A stretch of 64,000 nt of DNA from an uncultured Bdellovibrionales bacterium (GTDB lineage: Bacteria > Patescibacteriota > Minisyncoccia > Moranbacterales > UBA1568), in NCBI GenBank assembly GCA_964624415.1, contig CAZUWR010000001.1:180256-244255 (forward strand), given 5' to 3'. The notes beneath the pieces were generated by a model, which was given only the letters and a program-made list of their open reading frames with translations, was not told where the DNA came from and ran no database searches. This document shows, piece after piece, positions 39,747 through 48,543 of this stretch. Made by a program: the position numbers and the translations under genes. How positions within the stretch are numbered: the first letter of the stretch is position 1; each line of letters starts with the position of its first letter.

Positions 39747-40562
39747 CTATTTCGCCAAATCGGTTTCATCTTTGGCGATGCGACGGATTTTGATGAGATC
39801 ATCGGCGATGATTCTTCCATCCTTCATATAGAGCATGCGCTTGGCGTGATTGGCAGTAGTGGTTTCGTGCGTGACGAGTACCACGGTGTGACCCGCGTCA
39901 TTGAGCGCCTGCAGTATCATCATCACCTGCAGTCCCGATTTAGAATCCAGGTTCCCTGTTGGCTCATCCGCAAAAATAATATCAGGATTGTTGACCAGGG
40001 CGCGCGCGATAGCGACACGCTGCATTTCCCCGCCCGAAAGTTGATTGGTCATATAGTCGCGGCGATGCTCCATCCCTACGGCCGTGAGCGCTTCCATCAC
40101 CTTCGTCTCATGCGTTTCCCGGCTCATCCCCGACCACATCTTAAAAAACGATTGCTTGAGCGCCGCAGGATCAGGCGTTGAAATACCGCGAAAAGCCCGG
40201 CGACTCACACCGTACACATCATACAGAAGCGGGAGCTCGACATTCTCAAACACGCTCGTGCGCGGGAGCAGGTTGAACGACTGGAAAATGAATCCTATTT
40301 TCTGATTGCGGATTTCGGCCAATTCATCCTGCGAGAGACTTGTTACATTTTTCCCGAGGAACAGATATTCGCCCGACGTCGCCTGATCGAGCAGTCCGAG
40401 CAAATGCATCAGTGTGGATTTGCCCGAGCCGGACGGCCCCATGAGCGCCACGAATTCCCCCTTGTCGATAGCAAAAGACGCCTCCGCCAGAGCGACGGTC
40501 TTAATATCGCCGCTCTCGTATATTTTGGTCAGCTTGTCGCACTGGATGAGGGGTTCATTCAT
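39747..40562 (-). CDS. ABC transporter ATP-binding protein (MacB/LolD-type)
   Basis: Walker [10 protein letters not shown]; ABC signature [15 protein letters not shown]; Walker [13 protein letters not shown]. The start is the Met of [11 protein letters not shown] at 40562. Confidence 0.85.
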   Translation of the reverse strand: MNEPLIQCDKLTKIYESGDIKTVALAEASFAIDKGEFVALMGPSGSGKSTLMHLLGLLDQATSGEYLFLGKNVTSLSQDELAEIRNQKIGFIFQSFNLLPRTSVFENVELPLLYDVYGVSRRAFRGISTPDPAALKQSFFKMWSGMSRETHETKVMEALTAVGMEHRRDYMTNQLSGGEMQRVAIARALVNNPDIIFADEPTGNLDSKSGLQVMMILQALNDAGHTVVLVTHETTTANHAKRMLYMKDGRIIADDLIKIRRIAKDETDLAK

Positions 40563-40563
40563 A

Positions 40564-41886
40564 CTATTTCTTCGTCTCAGTGATAACCTGATCCCCTTCG
40601 CTAATACCGGAGATGATTTCAATCTGGCCGTCACTGCCTTCCAGGCCAACTTTCACTTCCTTACGGACAGCGGTTTTACCATCAGAGCTCTTCACCTCCA
40701 CATAGCGCGTGTTGCCGTCTTGTTTGACCGCGCGCGTCGGCAACAGCAAGACGCCTTTTCTCTCGGCGATATGGATATCGATATCCCCACTCATTCCTGG
40801 TTTAAGACGCTTATCGATATTCGCCAATCGCAGTTTCACTTTGTAGTACACGACATCCTGGATAACGGTCGATTCCGGATCGATTTCCACAACGCTCGCA
40901 TCGAATTTCTCATCCGATCCTAGGGCATCGAAGGTGGTTGTTGCAGTTTGATTGAGCTTAACCGAAGCGATATCGGACTCGGGAATCTTGGCTTCCAGAA
41001 TCATATCCGCAGACAAAAGCCTCCCGAACGATTTGGCTACGGCGGATCCGATCACTTCGCCTCGCTGATAATTAAGTACTGTCACCGTACCATTAACCGG
41101 CGCCTTCAAGAGGGCTTTGTCGAGATTATTCATCGCGATATCATAGTTAGACGATGCGATGGCGATGGCGCTGTTCTCGATGATCTGCTTGCTCTTGGAT
41201 TCGAGCGACTTCACATTTTCTTTTTGTGAATCATAACTGTTTTCAGCAACCCTTACCGCCACGTCACGATTGCGTCGCGCGGTATCCTGAGCCTCCTTGG
41301 CAGCTTCCTTGGCATTGGTGGCAGCTGTCAAAGAAAGCTTGGCATTCTTGGCTGTCGAACCGCTCGCACCATTATCGCTGACCACCTGGTTATAATAGCT
41401 CTGCACATCTGCTTCATAATTCACGGCATTGTCATAGGCTTTATCGGCAGCATCGACTTTCTGGTCTTCCGCATCGGACACATCCGACGCATACTGCTTG
41501 GCATTCTTCTCGGCATTGCGCGCCTCGCGCAACACATCATCATTGACACCCGCATCAGCTTGAGCCTTATCTAGAGCCGCCTGCGCTTTTTTGACATCCT
41601 CGGTCAGGGCGACGGATTCGACGGATGCCAAAGTATCGCCCGCACTGACTTGCGCGCCGACCCTGGTCGAAATATTCTTCACCCGTCCGGCCGTCTCGAA
41701 ATTCAGATCGATTTCCTGATCAGCCAAAAGCGTTGCCGAGGCGGACACGAGTTGGGAAATATCGCCCCGAGACACCGGCGCCGCCACAAACAAATCCTGA
41801 TTCGCATTACGCTTGGCATACCACCAGTATCCCCCCACCACCATGATGACGATAATCCACAACCACTTCTTCTTGAAAATCGACAT
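40564..41886 (-). CDS. HlyD/MacA-family periplasmic adaptor (membrane fusion protein)
   Basis: 440 aa with an N-terminal TM helix, a coiled-coil middle region and a barrel-sandwich hybrid domain (AAPVSRGDISQLVSASATLLADQEIDLNFETAGRV). Confidence 0.75.
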   Translation of the reverse strand: MSIFKKKWLWIIVIMVVGGYWWYAKRNANQDLFVAAPVSRGDISQLVSASATLLADQEIDLNFETAGRVKNISTRVGAQVSAGDTLASVESVALTEDVKKAQAALDKAQADAGVNDDVLREARNAEKNAKQYASDVSDAEDQKVDAADKAYDNAVNYEADVQSYYNQVVSDNGASGSTAKNAKLSLTAATNAKEAAKEAQDTARRNRDVAVRVAENSYDSQKENVKSLESKSKQIIENSAIAIASSNYDIAMNNLDKALLKAPVNGTVTVLNYQRGEVIGSAVAKSFGRLLSADMILEAKIPESDIASVKLNQTATTTFDALGSDEKFDASVVEIDPESTVIQDVVYYKVKLRLANIDKRLKPGMSGDIDIHIAERKGVLLLPTRAVKQDGNTRYVEVKSSDGKTAVRKEVKVGLEGSDGQIEIISGISEGDQVITETKK

Positions 41887-41929
41887 AGAAAAAAGATAGA
41901 TAAAATTATATCTTCAGTATAGCACAAAA

Positions 41930-42358
41930 CTACACCAGACTCTTTTGTTTATTCGCGTTATCGAGCGCATGATTCACCATTGCATCTGCGCGCTTATTCT
42001 GCTCGCGCGGGACATGAGTAAAGGTCACTTTGCCGAAATCAAGCATCTCATTCCAGATTTCCATAAACAATTTCTGGATGCGTTCTTCCTTGATCTTATA
42101 GATATGATTGAGTTGGCGCACGGCAAGCTCGCTATCCATATACATATCGACGTGTATCTTTTTCGCCTTATCTTTGCCGAGTAAAGCCTTCACTTTTTGC
42201 AGACCAAACAAAATAGCGCCGTACTCCGCATCATTATTCGTCTTGTGCCCGATGCATTCGCCATATTCTTTGTTCAGCGTTTCGATATACACCCCGATGG
42301 CCGCATCCCCCGGGTTACCTCGCGATCCGCCATCCGTAAACACTACTATTTTTTCCAT
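41930..42358 (-). CDS. rnhA: Ribonuclease HI
   Basis: MEKIVVFTDGGSRGNPGDAAIGV... with the conserved D/E/D/D catalytic residues. The start is at the Met of MEKIVV. Confidence 0.85.
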   Translation of the reverse strand: MEKIVVFTDGGSRGNPGDAAIGVYIETLNKEYGECIGHKTNNDAEYGAILFGLQKVKALLGKDKAKKIHVDMYMDSELAVRQLNHIYKIKEERIQKLFMEIWNEMLDFGKVTFTHVPREQNKRADAMVNHALDNANKQKSLV

Positions 42359-42487
42359 ACTGCTCATTACTACCAATTACCCTCTCAGTATACCACACCC
42401 CCTTCACTCTCGTTTTGCCAGCGGACAAACAAAAAGGCCCACGGTCTTAAATCCGTAAGCCTTTCAGAAGCAGCACTCTTTCAAATA

Positions 42488-42769
42488 CTAGTTACCGATA
42501 ACCGCCAAGACATCCTCGTTTTTCACGATCAGGTAATCCGTATCGTCGATCTTGACCTCAGTGCCACCATATCGCGTGTAAATGACCGTCTGACCAACCT
42601 TTACCACGATCTTGTCACTCTCGCCCACGGCGATCACCTTTCCCTGCTGTGGGCGCTCTTCAGTGGCGGTATCGGGAAGAAAAATACCGGTTCCGGTTTT
42701 CTTTTCCGCCTTCTGAGGCAACACCAAAATATTCTTTCCAAGCGGTTGTATATTCACGGCAGTCATATA
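42488..42769 (-). CDS. groES: Co-chaperonin GroES
   Basis: MTAVNIQPLGKNILVLPQKAEKKTGTGIFLPDTA...GKVIAVG is canonical GroES. No groEL follows: the next downstream gene is rnhA. Confidence 0.85.
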   Translation of the reverse strand, partial: YMTAVNIQPLGKNILVLPQKAEKKTGTGIFLPDTATEERPQQGKVIAVGESDKIVVKVGQTVIYTRYGGTEVKIDDTDYLIVKNEDVLAVIGN

Positions 42770-42807
42770 TTTTTTCTTACTGTTTACCGCTCCATTATAC
42801 CAAACGA

Positions 42808-42834
42808 TTAGCACTCGTCAATATCGAGTGCTCA
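42808..42834 (-). promoter_or_regulatory. CIRCE operator (HrcA binding site) upstream of groES
   Basis: TTAGCACTC-gtcaatatc-GAGTGCTCA matches the consensus TTAGCACTC-N9-GAGTGCTAA at 17 of 18 positions. It lies 39-65 nt upstream of the groES start. Confidence 0.8.
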
Positions 42835-42963
42835 TTCTCATAACCATACTCCCTCAGTATCCCCTCTTAAAATGTAAATTCAGGTATGAAAAAAGGCCCT
42901 AACATTCGATAGAGCCTTCTTGTTTTCATACATTTCTCCTTTCCAGATATTACTGAAAAAAAT

Positions 42964-45900
42964 TTACTTCGGCATCACATAATCCCCTGCCGTTACATCC
43001 ACCACTATCCCCGAACCGAAAGCGAAGGTGGCGACGCTTTGCCAACTTTTCGTACCATTGGTCAGTGTCAGATAGGCATTGCCCCCAAACTCGGGAGGCA
43101 GTCCCGTAAAGACGAGAGTCCAGATACCACTTGATGAACGAGCAACCGTTCCGGCAATCAGTTTGGTTGCCTGACCGGTCGGAGCTATCCACGCATCGAA
43201 ATACCCGTCTTTGGTGATGTGAGAGATATTGGTAATACCGTTGAATGATGTCAGCATCCGACTATCGCCATTGATAGTAAGCGTCAGTTTTTGCTGGCCT
43301 TTGTCATAGGTCACCTCTCTTTTTTGAAAAGGACTGGCACTAAGTGGGAGTTTGTAGTCTCCATTGGCATTGACGATGGTTGCACCCACAGGTAGTATCC
43401 ACTGATTGGTGGTTTGCCATCCAAATTGAGTTCCATCAGTCAGTCCGAGAAGTATCCTTCCCGTGCTTCCCGGAGCGACGTTTGCTATGCTCGCTATCAG
43501 TTTCCCGTTCGCATCACAACTCAATTGCCCTGGCATTCCCGGATAATTGTCTTGGTCATTGTTCCAAAAGACTTTTCCGTTGAGGACAGTGCCTGTCGGG
43601 AGCCAGAATCCTGAAATGACCTTTGATGAGAAAGCGGTATTGAGCGCCATACCCGAAGCATCTTCACTGACCGTAACCGTATTGGGAGTCCATCCGTTGT
43701 AACGGATATGTCCATCGGTATCATTTTCTAAAAGAGTGATGGTACTTGGATTGACCCAGTATTCCGTATCCCCTTGTTTGAAAGACCACGTGCCTTTCGA
43801 AGCCTGAGGGGTGTTGGGAATATCCACTATCCAGTTGGTTCCTTGTAAAGTGAATGTATTGGCACAAGCTGTTGATGCAGTCACTCCCCAATTGGTATCG
43901 GCAGAATTAAAACAAATCCTTGTTACCAAGGACGGATGAAAAGAAGAGAAGCCTCCCCACACCAAACTGATTTTTGCTTGCACCAAGGTGGATGCAGGTA
44001 GAATCAGTCTTTGCTTGTTGTTCCCGAAAATGACCGCGCCGACGTCTCCACTTTGGATAGTCGGTATAGCGTTGAAGTCAGGGTCGGGCGCTTGCGCGCA
44101 ACTGGTGATGAGTGGGATGTTGGCCGGTTTATACACTATGGTATATACCGTCAACACCTTTTCAACACAGTTATCGCCTTCATTGGACTCGGCTATTTCC
44201 CCAAGATAATCGACACACGCTTTGAGAGTGTGCTGACCCGGAGTCGAAATCGAGAACTTCTCCAGCGTTTCCCGCTTGGTTTTACCTGTCGGTAAGTTTA
44301 TGGCCTGTACCTGGTCGGTACCCGCCAAGATACCGTCCCGATAGTAACCGATTTTGATAAGTTTATCCGCCAATCCGCCATCATTTCTGACTGTGAATCC
44401 GGGAGTAAACGTTTCATTGACTTCGATGACCTGTTCTCCGCCGAGGTCTATGGAGACACCGACGAGACTGGGTAACGGACGCACTTCATACGGCATCGAT
44501 TTGCAATTGTCCGTTTCATTGGTTTCCGCAATACGGTTATCAAAGTCGGGACAAACCATCAGCGTATGCATGCCGGGTGTCATCGGAGCGATAGCAACAC
44601 TAAGATTTTCCACCTTACTGACACCGCCCTTAAGATTTTCCCGTTGAATCCGGTCTGTACCAATGAGCGTGCCGTCATTGTAGTAGCCGATAAGCATGGT
44701 TTTTCCAAAGTTTTCTTCATTGTTTGTCAAAGTAGCGTCAATACTGAATGTTTCACCCGGAAGTAAAACGGTCTTATTGCCGATGATGGTTATATTGGTC
44801 GTCAATACATTAGCATTGCTCCACACAGTGAAAGGGTCTTCGATATGGCAATTGTCATTTTCTTTCAATTCCTTCACTTGACCCTGACTCGGTCCTGCGG
44901 AATCCGTACACCACACAAGATTGTACTTTCCCGGAAACTCCGGGGCAATAAAGTCTTCGTGCTCGGTATTGGTAGCGCCTTTGGCAAGACCTTTCGTATC
45001 TTCTTTGCCTTGGTCTTTCGGATTAGTGTCTATCTTATCCCCGTCGGATATCCAACACTGACTCTGAAACGCCGTCGCATCTTTAGTGCCGATATTCTTC
45101 GTCTGCATCCTGCAAAAGCCCGGTTCATTGATGTGCAATGTCGTGACCTTTGTCTTGGATGCGTTTTCGACATCGGAATTGTTGGCAATGAGATTGGCGA
45201 GTGTTCCGGTGTTGGTACCGCCGGTGACAGGCATCGGACCTGCGACTTCGGAACCGCCGCCAGCGTCTCCTGCACCTCTTGTACCTGCAAGAAAAACTGC
45301 ATCCTGAAAAAACATCATCGGGTTTACTGGTTTTTGTAAAGTATTGGCGCAATATGATTGTATTGCAGCATTACTCAGATTCCACGCCGCAGATAAAACA
45401 CCACCCTCACTTTTGAAATAATTTGTGTGAGAAGTTCCATTAACACAAGCTGAATTATTTACGCCTCTTGGATTCATCCAACACAAAATACCTCCTCCAA
45501 AGTTTTCATTAAGAACAAGACAATTTCCAGCACTATATCCATTAGATAAAATAAAATTAATGGGATTAGTATACTGTGATTTTATCCAATCGGAGTTGTG
45601 TCCAGCAACCTCGCAAAAATACGATGGATTAGTGGCTTTTTCATGCTCAGGTCTCCGCACTTCAAAGTGTAGATGTGCTGATCCTGACGCGCCATTATCC
45701 CATATACAACCAATCTGCTGACCAATTTTTATATTGTCGCCCAATTTTACTTTTGTGAATGAATGTCCCTTACCATTTACTGTTGACTGACATTGTACGG
45801 GATCCAGTTCAGCATGACCATAAATGGAGTAATATTGTACATTACCCATTGTATGCTCTAGAGAAATCCTTGACCAACCATTATCAATAACTGAAATGGC

Positions 45901-46185
45901 TTTTCCGTTAGCAATAGCATATATAGGAAAACCTTTATCTCCATTGGCAGTAGTGCCTTTTTTATTTATATCGACACCTGGATGAAGAATAGCTGAATCC
46001 CCACAGCTAGGATAAGGGGTAACATTGCCATTCGAAGCTTTGGTATCCTCTAAAAAATTATAACCAATCTGCTCAGATGGATTAAAATCAACGGGTGATC
46101 GAATCGTATTCTCACTATGCACTAAACATGGCATAGCCACTACCACAGATAAACCCAAACAAAACACTTTCGTTAGCTTTTTCAT
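42964..46185 (-). CDS. Large secreted M23-family metallopeptidase with multiple CARDB-like repeats and a C-terminal beta-rich domain
   Basis: 1073 aa with a signal peptide. The M23 motifs are HxxxD (GHAELD) and HxH (SAHLHFEV). CARDB-like repeats follow (PGMHTLMVCPDFDNRIAETNETDNC; TPGQHTLKACVDYLGEIAESNEGDNC). The C-terminal roughly 400 aa are Gly/Thr/Asn-rich. Confidence 0.7.
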   Translation of the reverse strand: MKKLTKVFCLGLSVVVAMPCLVHSENTIRSPVDFNPSEQIGYNFLEDTKASNGNVTPYPSCGDSAILHPGVDINKKGTTANGDKGFPIYAIANGKAISVIDNGWSRISLEHTMGNVQYYSIYGHAELDPVQCQSTVNGKGHSFTKVKLGDNIKIGQQIGCIWDNGASGSAHLHFEVRRPEHEKATNPSYFCEVAGHNSDWIKSQYTNPINFILSNGYSAGNCLVLNENFGGGILCWMNPRGVNNSACVNGTSHTNYFKSEGGVLSAAWNLSNAAIQSYCANTLQKPVNPMMFFQDAVFLAGTRGAGDAGGGSEVAGPMPVTGGTNTGTLANLIANNSDVENASKTKVTTLHINEPGFCRMQTKNIGTKDATAFQSQCWISDGDKIDTNPKDQGKEDTKGLAKGATNTEHEDFIAPEFPGKYNLVWCTDSAGPSQGQVKELKENDNCHIEDPFTVWSNANVLTTNITIIGNKTVLLPGETFSIDATLTNNEENFGKTMLIGYYNDGTLIGTDRIQRENLKGGVSKVENLSVAIAPMTPGMHTLMVCPDFDNRIAETNETDNCKSMPYEVRPLPSLVGVSIDLGGEQVIEVNETFTPGFTVRNDGGLADKLIKIGYYRDGILAGTDQVQAINLPTGKTKRETLEKFSISTPGQHTLKACVDYLGEIAESNEGDNCVEKVLTVYTIVYKPANIPLITSCAQAPDPDFNAIPTIQSGDVGAVIFGNNKQRLILPASTLVQAKISLVWGGFSSFHPSLVTRICFNSADTNWGVTASTACANTFTLQGTNWIVDIPNTPQASKGTWSFKQGDTEYWVNPSTITLLENDTDGHIRYNGWTPNTVTVSEDASGMALNTAFSSKVISGFWLPTGTVLNGKVFWNNDQDNYPGMPGQLSCDANGKLIASIANVAPGSTGRILLGLTDGTQFGWQTTNQWILPVGATIVNANGDYKLPLSASPFQKREVTYDKGQQKLTLTINGDSRMLTSFNGITNISHITKDGYFDAWIAPTGQATKLIAGTVARSSSGIWTLVFTGLPPEFGGNAYLTLTNGTKSWQSVATFAFGSGIVVDVTAGDYVMPK

Positions 46186-46297
46186 TTTACTACCTCATAA
46201 GTTGTCAATGTACCATATTTTCGAGAAACAGTTGTCCCTCGAGAGTGGCACTATTATATACAAATATAGCAACACTCTTAGAAGGACCCTGAAATCA

Positions 46298-47035
46298 CTA
46301 ACGACTAGTCTCAATAAGACGAAAAGATTGAATGAATCCAAGGGATGTTCCGTGGATATTCGACATCTCATCAAACTCATAATTCCCTATACCTGAACTG
46401 GAAACATACGCATATTTCAGATCATCAACAGCTTCTTTTTGCTCTACGGAACGTTTCTCAAAAACAGCATACACAGCGCCACTCGCTCCATCTGTCTTTT
46501 GTATAGATACGTTTTGACGAAGTGGTTTAGATATAAACTGATTTCCAGATTCAGCTGCAAAATCTTTTTTCCACACAGTTATAGTTATACCATTTGGATA
46601 ACCGCTCAATGAACCCTTCTCTCCAAAGTAAAATGCATGCGCTCCATCCATACCGGAAGTAGTGAGTCCTAAATCAGTTTCGGTTACTACCCATTCACAA
46701 TCATACGTTTTTTGATTACAGTAATTACCATAACTTTTTTTCGGGTATTTAACTTCAAAACCAAACTCTTCATTGCGGTAAGTCTCCCAATTTGAAGTAT
46801 CGTCTGCTGTAGAAAAAAATTCTTGAGGAGGAATATATTGTGGCTCATAGGATTCCAATGTATCTGAAGTTAAGGGGATGTTACTTTTTGAAACATTAAT
46901 CGCTTGGGATATTTCTTGCTGCTGCTTTACTTCTCCTGGTTCCCGTACGGAAGCATACCAAAACCACCCACCGGCAACAATGGTGATAATGAGTACGATA
47001 ATAGCTACAATGAGCCTCTTTGAGATATTTTGCAT
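46298..47035 (-). CDS. Membrane-anchored protein of the MQNISK family (paralog of 25787..26509)
   Basis: N-terminus MQNISKRLIVAIIVLIITIVAGGWFWY. The 5' region, including about 40 nt upstream, is about 88% identical at the nucleotide level to 26429..26552. The remainder of the protein is divergent. Confidence 0.5.
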   Translation of the reverse strand: MQNISKRLIVAIIVLIITIVAGGWFWYASVREPGEVKQQQEISQAINVSKSNIPLTSDTLESYEPQYIPPQEFFSTADDTSNWETYRNEEFGFEVKYPKKSYGNYCNQKTYDCEWVVTETDLGLTTSGMDGAHAFYFGEKGSLSGYPNGITITVWKKDFAAESGNQFISKPLRQNVSIQKTDGASGAVYAVFEKRSVEQKEAVDDLKYAYVSSSGIGNYEFDEMSNIHGTSLGFIQSFRLIETSR

Positions 47036-47190
47036 ATAATATGAGTAAGTTTCTTAAAGCTACTCTTGAAAATAGCAGAGATGCATATTCCCGTAAAGGC
47101 TTATGCAAAGCAAAATTGCACATCCTATTCCCTATTCAACCCACCAAAAAGAAGAAAGGAATCCCTTTGCCATTTTTTCAAAAAATCCCC

Positions 47191-48372
47191 TTACTGCAAG
47201 ATTACGCTTATCTTTTTTTCTTCTTTGCCGCGAACCACGAGAAACTCCGCCGTGTCACCCTTCTTCAATCGTCCCACCACCATCGAGAGCGGGTTATCCA
47301 GGTTTATTTCAGCACCGTTCACGGATACGATAATATCGTTGACCGCAAACATCGCCTTATCCGCAGGAGATCCGGCGATTACCGCCAATCCCAATTTTCC
47401 CGAAGGAGAATACACTAAGGCGCCATGATCGCGCTCAAAGTGATACGCAAGATTCATTTCCTGGGTAATGGAGCGGTAGTAGAGTCCCAGTACCGGTCGT
47501 GTGGCCAGATTGCCTGAAAGCTGCAGATCCAGGGATGACTTGATCACATTGGCTGGGATAACGAAGTACTGCTTCTGATTATCCAGTTCCGTCAACGCTA
47601 CCATACCTACCATTTCGCCGTTGTAGTTGATAACAGGTCCTCCGATATAGTCTTTCTGATTCGGAAAATCCATCACTAATACACCCTCCATCTTTTCAGA
47701 TGAAGAAACGGTCTTTTCCGAAAGATTGAATGTCTTGTCGACAGTATTGAGCAATGCGGTCGAAAATTGATCCTGATATCCCTGCGCGGCCATCGCCAAA
47801 GCGATAAGCTTTTTTCCCGAACGGACATCCGACGAATCCGCAAAAGAAATCGCCGGTACATTGGTCGCTTGAATTTTCAAATACGCGAGATTGGTCAGTG
47901 TATCGATTCCGACCAGGTCAGCGGTATAATTCACTCCGTTGAAAAGCACGACGGTATAGTGGGCATTCTTTTCAGTTATCGCCTTACGATACGTCACAAT
48001 CAATCCGTCATTGGTGACCAAAATACCCGATCCGACAAGCAAAGGCGAGGTCGCGGCAACGACCGGCGCATCCCCTACTGCCTTGGTATTTTTAACTTCA
48101 TCAGTCACGCTGACGATTTTCACGACAGCCGTCGTTGCTTGCGAGGCTATCTTTTCCACCGAATCATCTTCGCGTACCACCACCTGTTCCGTCTTGTTGA
48201 TGATGGTCGTAGTCTCGGTAGCTTTTTTCAAAAAAGCGAAACGGGAAAAAACGGATGAATCCGCAAACTTAGGAATAATGTATCGTTCGACTATAACGGA
48301 ACCGACACCTCCGAGGAACATAATCCAAAGAATCACTATCAGTATCCGACCGATTTTTTTCAACACATTCAT
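47191..48372 (-). CDS. HtrA/DegP-like trypsin-fold protein with PDZ domain and a degenerate catalytic triad (predicted inactive)
   Basis: 393 aa with an N-terminal TM anchor. Aligned to the S1C motifs it reads GSGILVTNDGLIVTYRKAI (His missing), NLAYLKI (Asp to Asn) and DYIGGPV in place of GNSGGP (Ser to Ile). The C-terminal PDZ domain is intact. Confidence 0.6.
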   Translation of the reverse strand: MNVLKKIGRILIVILWIMFLGGVGSVIVERYIIPKFADSSVFSRFAFLKKATETTTIINKTEQVVVREDDSVEKIASQATTAVVKIVSVTDEVKNTKAVGDAPVVAATSPLLVGSGILVTNDGLIVTYRKAITEKNAHYTVVLFNGVNYTADLVGIDTLTNLAYLKIQATNVPAISFADSSDVRSGKKLIALAMAAQGYQDQFSTALLNTVDKTFNLSEKTVSSSEKMEGVLVMDFPNQKDYIGGPVINYNGEMVGMVALTELDNQKQYFVIPANVIKSSLDLQLSGNLATRPVLGLYYRSITQEMNLAYHFERDHGALVYSPSGKLGLAVIAGSPADKAMFAVNDIIVSVNGAEINLDNPLSMVVGRLKKGDTAEFLVVRGKEEKKISVILQ

Positions 48373-48445
48373 ACATGCTATGCTATTAAAATTAAGTGTT
48401 CGCTTGGGGTAGCTCAGTAACTATCTGAAATCTTTTCGTTTTTTA

Positions 48446-48512
48446 CTTTTGTAGAGTATTTTTTCGAACTGCCGGGTCAAAGACGAAAGGCGAGAAAAAA
48501 TACTCTCAAAAG
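48446..48512. repeat. Repeat copy 2 (same inverted repeats and flanks as 20217..20284, core reverse-complemented)
   Basis: cttttgtagagtattttttc | gaactgccgggtcaaagacgaaaggcgag | aaaaaatactctcaaaag. About 17 nt upstream and 38 nt downstream are also homologous to the copy 1 flanks, in the same orientation. Confidence 0.7.
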
Positions 48513-48543
48513 TTAAAAAACAAGAAAAAGATTTGAACAGTTA

